Assembly (NCBI GenBank): GCA_964442455.1
Contig: CAYTZB010000005.1
Coordinates: 5,152-69,151 of the forward strand
Direction of reading: 5' to 3'
Source of the DNA: an uncultured Gammaproteobacteria bacterium
GTDB taxonomy: Bacteria; Patescibacteriota; Microgenomatia; UBA8517; JACQJR01
Length of the DNA: 64,000 nucleotides
Below, in pieces: positions 55,992 to 64,000 of the stretch. Position 1 is the stretch's first letter, and every line of letters starts with the position of its first letter. The notes under the pieces were generated by a model, which worked only from the letters and a program-made list of their open reading frames with translations, was not told the DNA's origin and ran no database searches. Position numbers and translations under genes: made by a program.

Positions 55992-56599
55992 TAGTACACT
56001 TCCTCCTCTTCCTCGTAAATCGCCCCGTTTGTTTGCGAAGAAGGAGCGGTTGGGGGAGCTACCGCAAAAGAAGACACAACCATGTTCTGTACCTCTTCCC
56101 AAAACCCGCCGTCTTGTGGCCCTTCAATACGATAGAGAACTCCTAAGTCCACAGCTAAAGTTGTAATTATATTCTGGGCACCACGACTATAGGCATATTG
56201 CTTGGCCGCAACCTCGCCAAGAGAAGCCGCTCCGGTAACCCGTGCAAGTTTTGGACTGTCGGGGTCGCTCTCGAACCACTCATCAAGTGTTGACGCGCTC
56301 GTATCTTGAACGGTCACGGTGACTTTTCCCTCTTTTTGAGACGCGCTGAGTTCAAGCAGTGAATAGTAGGAGTCATCTGGGATTGTTTTTTCAGTTACGG
56401 TAACGTTATCTGGGTACGCAAACGAGAACCCAGAGCCATCCTCGTATGTTGACTGCCCGCTTATCGCAACTTCCGTCGTTCCCTCACCTAGGTTATTTAT
56501 GAGAGCTATTCCTCCCCTATTTTGCGTCCTAAAAAGAAACACTGCACTTGCAACAAGGAAAAGGATACCTACCACCCCCGCAATAAATTTCTTTGACAT
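55991..56599 (-). CDS. Hypothetical secreted/membrane-anchored protein
   Basis: 202 aa. The N-terminal signal anchor is 'FIAGVVGILFLVASAVFLF'. The tail is acidic (EEEEEVY). Confidence 0.4.
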   Translation of the reverse strand: MSKKFIAGVVGILFLVASAVFLFRTQNRGGIALINNLGEGTTEVAISGQSTYEDGSGFSFAYPDNVTVTEKTIPDDSYYSLLELSASQKEGKVTVTVQDTSASTLDEWFESDPDSPKLARVTGAASLGEVAAKQYAYSRGAQNIITTLAVDLGVLYRIEGPQDGGFWEEVQNMVVSSFAVAPPTAPSSQTNGAIYEEEEEVY

Positions 56600-56719
56600 G
56601 TTACCTATTTTAACTATATCATAAACTACAGAGGACTAAGAGCCCTCGGTATTCTCGCCCTTTGGGCTCAACAAGTTTGTTTCTTGTCCCGCTTAGCGGG
56701 ACTGCGAAATGAAAAAGAG

Positions 56720-57160
56720 ATGAAACGGCTACTTCTCGCAACAACTTTAATACTAATAGTAGGAGTAATTGTGGTTTCAACTGCGAGTGCAAAACGACTG
56801 CTTCCGCGTGCACAAAAGCCGAGCGTTCCTTCAGGAGCCAGTACAGCAGTCAAAACTGTGGGAGTTAAACCAATTGTGGGGTTTAGAAGCGACCGCCGTG
56901 CCATTATTGTCACTTTTCAAAACTTAGAAATTGCCGCCCGTGTGGAATACTCGCTTACCTACACCTCACGGGGGATAAAACAGGGTGCTGGAGGAGTAAT
57001 CACCCCTACTACTTCCGAGGAAACCAGAGAGCTTTTGTTTGGCACATGCTCCCATGGAGTATGCCGCTACGATACAGGTATCACCAACGCACGGTTTACT
57101 GTTACTACTGTCCTCAAAAACGGCCGCAAAGTTGTTAAACCATTCAGACTTCGGGTGTAA
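56720..57160 (+). CDS. Hypothetical secreted protein
   Basis: The internal Met MKRLLLATTLILIVGVIVVSTASA looks like a signal peptide. The ORF-track start at 56684 adds 12 aa. Confidence 0.4.
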   Translation: MKRLLLATTLILIVGVIVVSTASAKRLLPRAQKPSVPSGASTAVKTVGVKPIVGFRSDRRAIIVTFQNLEIAARVEYSLTYTSRGIKQGAGGVITPTTSEETRELLFGTCSHGVCRYDTGITNARFTVTTVLKNGRKVVKPFRLRV

Positions 57161-57170
57161 ACTGCTTTTC

Positions 57171-57198
57171 TTGACTCCATAAACTGAAGGTATATACT
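57171..57198 (+). promoter_or_regulatory. Sigma-70-like promoter (TTGACT, 16-nt spacer, TATACT) preceding a roughly 180-nt structured leader and the small-peptide cassette
   Basis: Hexamers read directly. The leader contains the hairpin TTGGAAACGT-cga-ACGTTCCAA. Confidence 0.4.
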
Positions 57199-57377
57199 AT
57201 TGTACAAAACGAAAAAGATTCAACAAGCGAATCTTTCATTCGTTTCACAACTGAATAAAAGGTCTTGTCGAGAGCAAGATAAAAAGCATTTTGTCTTTCG
57301 ATAAAGACGGTAGTGTTGGAAACGTCGAACGTTCCAAAGCACCTTGACATCAAAGTGTGTGTTCAAAAGGAGAAACC

Positions 57378-57467
57378 ATGCGATCTCGCGGCGATGGTCT
57401 CGGATTAGTGATAACGATACTGTTACTCATCGTCTTCGTAGTGGCCATACTATTGCTCCCTGGATGA
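57378..57467 (+). CDS. Small hydrophobic peptide P1 (29 aa, 1 TM)
   Basis: MRSRGDGLGLVITILLLIVFVVAILLLPG. An AAAAGGAGA ribosome-binding site lies 5 nt upstream. Confidence 0.45.
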   Translation: MRSRGDGLGLVITILLLIVFVVAILLLPG

Positions 57468-57481
57468 AAAGGAGGAAAGAG

Positions 57482-57664
57482 ATGAAAATTCGAGTACGTG
57501 TCGTGGAGATAATCCGGATTTTCTTCTTCTTGGCAATAGGAGTACTGGTAGTACTGGCAGCAAGAGGCGTGATAAGTTTTGAATTGCTGGCAAAAGCCCT
57601 CGTAGTGCTGATTGTCTTTGTAGTCGCAGGAATTTTTGTGACCGTTCGGATTGGCTCCCGGTGA
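57482..57664 (+). CDS. Small hydrophobic peptide P2 (60 aa, 2 TM)
   Basis: MKIRVRVVEIIRIFFFLAIGVLVVLAARGVISFELLAKALVVLIVFVVAGIFVTVRIGSR. An AAAGGAGGAAAGAG ribosome-binding site lies directly upstream. Confidence 0.5.
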   Translation: MKIRVRVVEIIRIFFFLAIGVLVVLAARGVISFELLAKALVVLIVFVVAGIFVTVRIGSR

Positions 57665-57698
57665 CTAAAACCAGCAATTCTCAATAAGGAGGAAAAAG

Positions 57699-57794
57699 AT
57701 GAGTCCCAGAATGATAAATGCTCTGACAGTACTCGTTGGACTGACTATCGCGTTCCTTGGAGGATTCTTCCTCATAGCAGGAGGCATAAGATGA
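57699..57794 (+). CDS. Small hydrophobic peptide P3 (31 aa, 1 TM)
   Basis: MSPRMINALTVLVGLTIAFLGGFFLIAGGIR. An AAGGAGGAAAAAG ribosome-binding site lies upstream. Confidence 0.45.
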   Translation: MSPRMINALTVLVGLTIAFLGGFFLIAGGIR

Positions 57795-57844
57795 TTCGCC
57801 ATGACGAATAACCAATCCAGCTACAGTTCCTCAAGGAGGAAACA

Positions 57845-58243
57845 ATGAGCGCGCGATCGTTTTGGTTTCTGATAGCAACCAGTGTGAGTATGTGGAGTAC
57901 ACTACTTCTTTTGATTGCCATAGATGGCCAGGGAAGTATGACATCCTATAGAGTGTCAGGACTCGTTCTTCTAACAGTATGGTGGATCGTGGAGCTTGTC
58001 ACAGCGTTGGATGGGCTTTGGTTTCCGACAAGGGACATGATACTTGGGGTGGTGATAGTTCTCGTGAGCATACTTGCGAATGTTGCAATAACCGCTGCAA
58101 TCCGAGCATGCTGTGCAAGCATCACCCACGAGGTAACACTCATCGTATCAACCGTGATAACTAACATGCTGGTCCTAGCAACCTTTGTTAACCAATGGTT
58201 GCCAAAACAACCAAATGGAGAGGTAACAACTCCCAGACGGTGA
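57845..58243 (+). CDS. Small membrane protein P4 (132 aa, 4 TM)
   Basis: An AAGGAGGAAACA ribosome-binding site lies upstream. Four hydrophobic helices. Confidence 0.5.
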   Translation: MSARSFWFLIATSVSMWSTLLLLIAIDGQGSMTSYRVSGLVLLTVWWIVELVTALDGLWFPTRDMILGVVIVLVSILANVAITAAIRACCASITHEVTLIVSTVITNMLVLATFVNQWLPKQPNGEVTTPRR

Positions 58244-58272
58244 GTAAACCCGGGTTCCTAAAGGAGGTTTCT

Positions 58273-58392
58273 ATGGAATGGATGAGCGGTGATGAATGGT
58301 TCACGGGCTGGGTGGTCTTCGCAGCCATCTTTTTGGTGATCGCTGTCGTAGGATTGGCAGGGAGATTACTTGGAAGATGGATAAAACGATAA
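58273..58392 (+). CDS. Small hydrophobic peptide P5 (39 aa, 1 TM, Trp-rich N-terminus)
   Basis: MEWMSGDEWFTGWVVFAAIFLVIAVVGLAGRLLGRWIKR. An AAAGGAGG ribosome-binding site lies 6 nt upstream. The ORF-track start at 58195 is less likely. Confidence 0.45.
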   Translation: MEWMSGDEWFTGWVVFAAIFLVIAVVGLAGRLLGRWIKR

Positions 58393-58423
58393 TACCAACA
58401 CTACAACTGAATAAATACAACTA

Positions 58424-58488
58424 GAGCGGCATGTACCGTTGTCAATCAGGTAACTGATTTGCATGATGGTATAGCCGCTCTTTTTTTT
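58424..58488. terminator. Bidirectional rho-independent terminator between the peptide cassette (+) and the VIT gene (-)
   Basis: GAGCGGC...(inner hairpin AATCAG/CTGATT)...GCCGCTC followed by TTTTTTTT. Confidence 0.55.
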
Positions 58489-58515
58489 GGTTAGTACCTT
58501 GTGTAACTTCGCTAT

Positions 58516-59289
58516 CTATACCAACTTTTGCACAAATGCCCCCACAAAATACGCAATGGACGCGGCTGCCGAACCAACCAACAACATCTCCAACCCTCCC
58601 CGAAACCAACTCACCGTCGTAATAAAAGTTCTTGCTGCTCCCACCACAAAAAGCATAGCCGCACCCACAAGAATTGAAAACAAAAAGGGAGACGGGCCGG
58701 GTGACACAAGATAAGGAAGAAGCGGAAAAAATCCAGCAATCACAAACGCGGCGAAGGTCGCCACTCCATGTTTCTTGGGCTCGTCGCTCGAATCTTCCAT
58801 AATACCGAGCTCGTCTTTCATCATCGTATCAAGCCACACCTCTCGGTTTGACGTCACAACTTTTACTGCGTTCTCAAGCTCTTTTCCCCGAAATCCTTTG
58901 CGTGTAAAAATCTCTCGTATCTCTTCAATCTCAAGCTCTCTTAGATGGTCAATTTCCCAACTCTCTTTCTCGCGCTGAGAGCGCGCAAAATCCTGCTCTG
59001 ACTTTCCCCCCAGAAAATTGCTTGCGCCCATCGATATACCATCTGCCAAAATATTTGCCAAACCCAAAATAACGACCACACTCGCGGGCAACGCAGCTCC
59101 CGCTGCACCCGCAACAACGGCAAACGTTGTAATAATCCCATCATTTGCACCGTATACTAAATCACCAATGTAACGCCCGGCTGTATGTTGATGGAGCAGT
59201 GCTTCTTGTCGCTGATATTCGGGATGCGTATGAAGATATCTCTCTTTACGCGCTATTACCTCTTCTTCCTTTTTACCCATACAAACCAT
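58516..59289 (-). CDS. VIT1/CCC1-family Fe/Mn transporter
   Basis: 257 aa. 'YGANDGIITTFAVVAGAAGA' is the VIT-family signature. The C-terminal half has TM segments. Confidence 0.75.
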   Translation of the reverse strand: MVCMGKKEEEVIARKERYLHTHPEYQRQEALLHQHTAGRYIGDLVYGANDGIITTFAVVAGAAGAALPASVVVILGLANILADGISMGASNFLGGKSEQDFARSQREKESWEIDHLRELEIEEIREIFTRKGFRGKELENAVKVVTSNREVWLDTMMKDELGIMEDSSDEPKKHGVATFAAFVIAGFFPLLPYLVSPGPSPFLFSILVGAAMLFVVGAARTFITTVSWFRGGLEMLLVGSAAASIAYFVGAFVQKLV

Positions 59290-59325
59290 TGTAGCGCAAC
59301 ACTAATCACTAGTCACCACTATTTA

Positions 59326-60015
59326 TTATAAAGGTGTTGCAGTAGGCGAGGCAGTTGGAGATGAAGTAGGAGATGCTTTGGGACTTGAGGTTGGGCTTGC
59401 TTTCGGAGTGGACTTGGGACTAGGAGACGGGGAAGGTTTCGGTGTCTGCCCCTTTCGGAGTCCCGTAATTATCTCTACATCTGCCCCTGAAGGCGCCCGT
59501 GTGGTTTGTTTAACACTCGTGTATGTATCTTCAAGCAGCGCTATAAGTTCATTTTTTATATCGTCAGTTACTGAACTCCCGATTGTAATTTCTGTTGCTT
59601 GATAGTCTTCTTTCCCGGCATTTCCAGCGTCCACATCGGTATATCCCACCGCTTTCAACTTGTCGCGAAGCAGTGCTGCCTCCCCTGTAACGCCCGTCCC
59701 GTTCAAAACCTTAATTTTTATTTCTTCTCTGTTAATGGGGGCTGGGGTAAGAATTGGTTCTTGTGTTGGAGAAAATAAAGGAGTAGGAGAAGGAGCGAGC
59801 TCATCTTTCCCGCCTCTTATGAAAAAGAAGGCACCACCCACTAGCGCAACAAGCACCACTACAACGAAGAGGGGGACAACAATATTACTTTTCTTCTTCG
59901 AATCCCGAGGGCCCAGGAAATCTTGTGTTCGGACAGGGGAGTCAATTACAGCAGTTTTCTCCTGCTCCTCTGTTTCCATCACGCGGAGTATACCCTTGTG
60001 AAAATTACTTGTCAA
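59326..60015 (-). CDS. LytR_C-domain (LytR cell-envelope-associated C-terminal domain) membrane-anchored protein with a Pro/Ser-rich tail
   Basis: A TM segment 'IVVPLFVVVVLVALVGGAFFFI' is followed by 'IKIKVLNGTGVTGEAALLRDKLKAVGYTDVDAGNA...YQATEITIG', which matches LytR_C. The tail is (SPxxSPTS)n. Confidence 0.5.
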   Translation of the reverse strand: MTSNFHKGILRVMETEEQEKTAVIDSPVRTQDFLGPRDSKKKSNIVVPLFVVVVLVALVGGAFFFIRGGKDELAPSPTPLFSPTQEPILTPAPINREEIKIKVLNGTGVTGEAALLRDKLKAVGYTDVDAGNAGKEDYQATEITIGSSVTDDIKNELIALLEDTYTSVKQTTRAPSGADVEIITGLRKGQTPKPSPSPSPKSTPKASPTSSPKASPTSSPTASPTATPL

Positions 60016-60081
60016 GTAGTAGTGTTTAATCGATTAAAATCCAAGGGATAATCACTCTCGTGACATTGTACAATACAAACA

Positions 60082-61755
60082 ATGAGTAAGCATCTCCTCC
60101 TCTTAATTACCATTTCCGTATTTTCAACTGTCGGGATGAAGGCTCTAACCAGTCCAGGGCTTTTTACTGCACATGATATTTGGCATCAAGTAGCACGATT
60201 TTATCATTATCACCAAGCGTTCATTGACAAGCAATTCCCTCCCTATTGGATAGACACTTTAGCTGCGGGGTTTGGATACCCATTGTTTTTCTTTTCGTAC
60301 CCTTTACCTTGGATTATTGGTATTCCATTTCTAGAGCTTGGATTTGATATCCCAACAACAATAAAAGTTCTTTTCTTTCTCTCATATCTTTTATCGGGAG
60401 TTTTTATGTACTTGTTCGCATCCGAACTTTTTAAAAACAAACCCGCCGCTCTTTTATCCTCAATTCTTTACCTTTGGGTACCATATCACTTTTCAACAAT
60501 TCTAGTAAGCGCTGCTATGGGGACGGCATTTGTGTTTACATTTTTTCCTTTACTCCTCCTGGGAATATATAAAATCGGCAACGATAAATCACCAAAGTTA
60601 GGAATTATTTTTACATCTTTTGGTCTTTCAGGAATAATACTCTCTCACATATTGACAACTATCTCATTGCTCCCTTTTATCACCGTATTTACTCTATGGA
60701 TTTTGTTAAACAAAGTTAAAGGCAAAGTTAGGAATGATTTTATCAAAAACGTTACTTTTTCTTTCTTTCTTGGAATTGGTTTATCAACCTTCTATCTCCT
60801 ACCCGCAGTTTTTTATAGTAAATTAACTCAAGTCTCAACAGGAGCATTCAGCGCACTCTATCAAAAAAATTTTGTAAATATTGACCAACTTATATATTCT
60901 CGCTGGGGATACGGGATAAGCGACAATGCAAAAGACGGAGTAATATCCTATCAAATTGGTATAGCTCAATGGTTAGCTTTCCTTGGCACACTAGCAATAT
61001 TTTTAATCAGCAGATCCCGCCTTGCAAGACATTTAATTGAAAGGGTCTCTAAAGAAACAAAAATATTGAGTATTGTGCTCGTGGGTTTATTCGCATTTTC
61101 CACTTTCATGATGATTGATGTCTCGCGTCTAATTTGGGATTTTGGAGCAAAGTTTATAACTCTTGATTACCCAACAATGTTCTTGCTTTCCGCAGCTTTT
61201 TCCGGATCCCTACTAGGTGGCTTACTATTAAAACTAATCAAAGAAAACCTCCGTCCGGCTCTTTTTATTGGAATAGCAGCTGTCGCGCTCTACACAAACA
61301 GAAATCATCTAAACGTCAATATGTATACAAACTACCCGGTATCTCTTTATGTCGCATCAGAAACAACCACAAATTCTTACCATGAATATTTACCAAAAGA
61401 GGCGGATATAAAACTATTTAACGAACCTCACCCATCATTTATAATTCCCGACCTCACTATTTCGGAACTTACTAGAAACACTCGTGGAATTTCTTTTACT
61501 ACTACTCCAAAAGAAGATCTAACGCTTACTCTTAATCATTTTTCTTTCCCGGGAATTTCTCTATACATTGATGGAGAGAAAAGATTATTCACATTAAATA
61601 CACGAGGAAAAATCACATTTCCAATATCTCAAGGAGTACATCAAGTTAAAGTGTCTTTTGAGGAAACGCCTTTGATAAAGATCGCAAAATTCATTACTAT
61701 TGGTTCTCTTATTTTTGTTGTATGGTTAATTAGCAAAATGTTATTGTATCACTAA
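60082..61755 (+). CDS. GT-C-like membrane protein (PTPS-related/'HD-loop' family). Paralog of 14689..16533.
   Basis: 557 aa. 'FTAHDIWHQVARFYHYHQAF...FGYPLFFFSYPLPW' matches the paralog. About 12 TM plus a C-terminal soluble domain. Confidence 0.55.
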   Translation: MSKHLLLLITISVFSTVGMKALTSPGLFTAHDIWHQVARFYHYHQAFIDKQFPPYWIDTLAAGFGYPLFFFSYPLPWIIGIPFLELGFDIPTTIKVLFFLSYLLSGVFMYLFASELFKNKPAALLSSILYLWVPYHFSTILVSAAMGTAFVFTFFPLLLLGIYKIGNDKSPKLGIIFTSFGLSGIILSHILTTISLLPFITVFTLWILLNKVKGKVRNDFIKNVTFSFFLGIGLSTFYLLPAVFYSKLTQVSTGAFSALYQKNFVNIDQLIYSRWGYGISDNAKDGVISYQIGIAQWLAFLGTLAIFLISRSRLARHLIERVSKETKILSIVLVGLFAFSTFMMIDVSRLIWDFGAKFITLDYPTMFLLSAAFSGSLLGGLLLKLIKENLRPALFIGIAAVALYTNRNHLNVNMYTNYPVSLYVASETTTNSYHEYLPKEADIKLFNEPHPSFIIPDLTISELTRNTRGISFTTTPKEDLTLTLNHFSFPGISLYIDGEKRLFTLNTRGKITFPISQGVHQVKVSFEETPLIKIAKFITIGSLIFVVWLISKMLLYH

Positions 61756-61766
61756 CAAAAAAATTA

Positions 61767-63518
61767 ATGCGCAGATTTCTATACCTAATACAGCATAATT
61801 ATTTGCTTCTTTTAATTCTTATATTTACTTTTTTAAGTAGGCTTCTTCTGCTCGATAAATTTCCAATAGGGATAACTCACGATGAATTAAATTATGTTAT
61901 TGCTGCCAAATCTTTATATTGGACAAAAAACTTCGCACCGGGTACAGCACCTGCTGTTTTTTCGACTGATATGACGAATTTCAGCGTAACAATTGCTGAA
62001 GTTCCTGCCTCAATTCTTGCTTTCTTTATTGGTCCTTTAGATACTTCTCTTTTTACGAGCAGAATTATTGGAGCAATTTTAAATTCTTCTATAGTTCTTG
62101 CCATGTATTTTCTCGTCAAACGTTTAATAAATAGTAAACTTATCGCTTTATTGACTTCTTTAGTTTTAGCCATAAATCCCTGGAGTTTTTTAATGGGAAG
62201 AACTATTTTTGAAACTAATTTTTTTGTCGCTTTTTTTCTTTGGGGATCTGTAATATTACTCGGTCAAAAAGGCTTCAAAGTTTTGCGTGCCTTACCTTTT
62301 TTTATTCTTGGATTTTTTAGTTATACAGGAGGACAAATTGCTTTTTATCTTTTTATTAACATCATATTGCTTTATCGTTACTTCACTCTTCCCAGACAAC
62401 AGATAACCCCTTACGCAATTTTTTTTGTGACAATGACAATAATTCTAGCAGGCTATGTTTATGTTGTGCTTAATAACCAATCTTATTCTTCAAGGGGAGG
62501 AGAAATATACACACCACAAGCAGTTGCCCAAGAAGTTGATAAAGAGAGACAAGTTGCAGTCCAAAATAGCGTTAACCCCATTTTTATTAATAAGATAACT
62601 TTATATTTAAGTGGTTTCCTGGATAAATATCTAAATGCCTATTCTGTTAATAATTTGTTTTTAAGAGGTGAGCTGCGCGCTGCTTTTTCTTACCAGAAAC
62701 ATGGCACTTTTTATTTCCTCGATTTTCTTTTTATAGTTATTGGAGTCTCTTTTTTGTTTAGTAAATACAGGAAAGTTTGGGTCCTTGTGTTATCAATTAT
62801 TGCGGCAGGGGCAGTAACATCAGGAATAAGCTTTATTGAGTATTCATACAGTCAAAGATCTGGATTAATATTTCCTTTTATAACTATCCTTATAGGCGCA
62901 GGGTTGGGTTATATCCTTACAATTTTTAAAAAAAATAAATTTAGGTTTTTTATAGGAGGTGCAATTTTTATCACCTACGGTTTTCTCTTTTTAAATCTTT
63001 TACATTTGTATTTCTATCGTTTCCCTGTTTATGCTTCAGATGGTTGGTTTTTCCAGGATAGGATTTTAAGCCGCTATATTGCACTGACAAACCAGGAACA
63101 TCAAAACACAAAAGTTGTAGTTTCTACCTTTGAACCAAAAATAATTTTCCAGGAATATCTATTTTTTAACAACATTTATAATGGAGAGGAAATTTCCGTC
63201 ATAAATCAAGAGATGAAAAGCGGAGATTATTCTTTTAATAATGTTGTTTTTACAGATAAATGTTTTGATGATAACTTTGACAAGAATACAGTTTGGATTG
63301 GCGATGGATTGCTCGGGTGTGAGAGATTCTCTATTAAAGAAGATAATTTACGCATCACCCGCTTCAGAGATGTTTACGAAATTTATTTAATAAAAGAAGA
63401 TAAAATTTGCCAAGGTCAACAGTTAAATTCTTATGTCTCGCCATTCTCTTTCCAGGATTTTAACATTGAAAAACAGTCAAAAAGTGAATTTTGTCAAAAC
63501 TGGATTACTAAGTTGTAA
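61767..63518 (+). CDS. GT39/PMT/ArnT-like GT-C membrane glycosyltransferase
   Basis: 583 aa. '[19 protein letters not shown]' is the acidic first-loop motif. Polytopic. Confidence 0.6.
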   Translation: MRRFLYLIQHNYLLLLILIFTFLSRLLLLDKFPIGITHDELNYVIAAKSLYWTKNFAPGTAPAVFSTDMTNFSVTIAEVPASILAFFIGPLDTSLFTSRIIGAILNSSIVLAMYFLVKRLINSKLIALLTSLVLAINPWSFLMGRTIFETNFFVAFFLWGSVILLGQKGFKVLRALPFFILGFFSYTGGQIAFYLFINIILLYRYFTLPRQQITPYAIFFVTMTIILAGYVYVVLNNQSYSSRGGEIYTPQAVAQEVDKERQVAVQNSVNPIFINKITLYLSGFLDKYLNAYSVNNLFLRGELRAAFSYQKHGTFYFLDFLFIVIGVSFLFSKYRKVWVLVLSIIAAGAVTSGISFIEYSYSQRSGLIFPFITILIGAGLGYILTIFKKNKFRFFIGGAIFITYGFLFLNLLHLYFYRFPVYASDGWFFQDRILSRYIALTNQEHQNTKVVVSTFEPKIIFQEYLFFNNIYNGEEISVINQEMKSGDYSFNNVVFTDKCFDDNFDKNTVWIGDGLLGCERFSIKEDNLRITRFRDVYEIYLIKEDKICQGQQLNSYVSPFSFQDFNIEKQSKSEFCQNWITKL

Positions 63519-63541
63519 ACAACGCTCAAAAATTAAAAAAT

Positions 63542-64000
63542 ATGTCGAAACGAAAACCAAAAATTGTTGCCGTAATGCCTGCTTACAATGCGGCAAGAAC
63601 ACTTGAAAAAACCTATAAAGACATTCCAAGAGGTATAGTTGATAAAGTAATCTTGGTTGATGATGGCTCAAGAGACGACACAGTAAAAGTTGCAAAAAAA
63701 TTAGGTCTCCAGGTAGTAGTCCACCCTCAAAACAGGGGTTACGGAGGAAATCAAAAAACTTGCTACACTATTGCTTTATCTGAGGGAGCAGACATCGTTG
63801 TAATGATACATCCCGACTACCAGTACGACAGTACATTAACCGGAGAACTCGTCCGTCCAATAATTCAAAATCGTTTCGATTTAATGCTCGGTTCAAGAGT
63901 TAGAACACGACAAGAGGCCCTAAAAGGAGGAATGCCCCTTTATAAATACACTGGCAATAGAATACTTACCTTAGTGGAAAATTTTGTCCTTGGACAAAAT
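63542..64000 (+). CDS. GT2-family glycosyltransferase (DPM1-like), 3'-truncated by the window edge
   Basis: [21 protein letters not shown]...[12 protein letters not shown]...HPDYQYD is the GT2 motif set. Runs off the end of the window. Confidence 0.7.
   Translation, partial: MSKRKPKIVAVMPAYNAARTLEKTYKDIPRGIVDKVILVDDGSRDDTVKVAKKLGLQVVVHPQNRGYGGNQKTCYTIALSEGADIVVMIHPDYQYDSTLTGELVRPIIQNRFDLMLGSRVRTRQEALKGGMPLYKYTGNRILTLVENFVLGQN

Overview
This 64-kb window is low-GC, gene-dense and mostly minus-strand. Its gene content looks like a Candidate Phyla Radiation (Patescibacteria-type) bacterium using the standard genetic code: RF2 is present, and it carries archease, NrdR, a short TsaB, and many GT-C membrane glycosyltransferases.

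Three functional blocks are visible:
- A very large cell-surface glycosylation locus at 1-26978, resuming at 60082-64000. It holds at least 9 integral-membrane GT-C/ArnT/PMT/YfhO/PTPS-related glycosyltransferases from several paralog families, 7 GT2 (DPM1-like) enzymes, one GT1, a Wzx flippase, RmlA/RmlD and GalE.
- A cell-surface protein/secretion block at 31432-50583. It contains a CAP-domain protein, a soluble VirD4/TrwB-like ATPase, a 2385-aa adhesin-like giant protein next to a sortase, an archaeal-type SipW-like signal peptidase fused to a lamin-tail domain (LTD), two proteins with SipW-cognate-type signal peptides, metzincin and subtilisin proteases, and an LTD surface protein.
- A housekeeping/cell-division block at 27132-31144 and 49176-59289: trmD, nrdR, archease, tsaB, tsaE, a YerC/TrpR-like regulator, an EnvC-like M23 peptidase, ftsX, ftsE, prfB and a VIT transporter.

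Several features are not explained by the genes:
1. A family of GC-rich, palindromic, terminal-inverted-repeat elements is inserted in-frame inside glycosyltransferase genes. This resembles the in-frame palindromic elements of Rickettsia.
2. A dispersed 33-bp intergenic tandem-repeat family sits upstream of glycosylation genes.
3. Three 7-8-bp simple-sequence repeats (x4-5) sit at a CDS, a stop/RBS junction and a 5'UTR. These look like contingency (phase-variable) loci.
4. The giant ORF contains an internal LPAAG sorting-signal-like module, followed by a second signal peptide.
5. A palindromic operator is repeated three times around the YerC-like regulator.
6. A plus-strand cassette encodes five small transmembrane peptides, each with a perfect Shine-Dalgarno.

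No rRNA, tRNA, CRISPR array, transposase or integrase was found.
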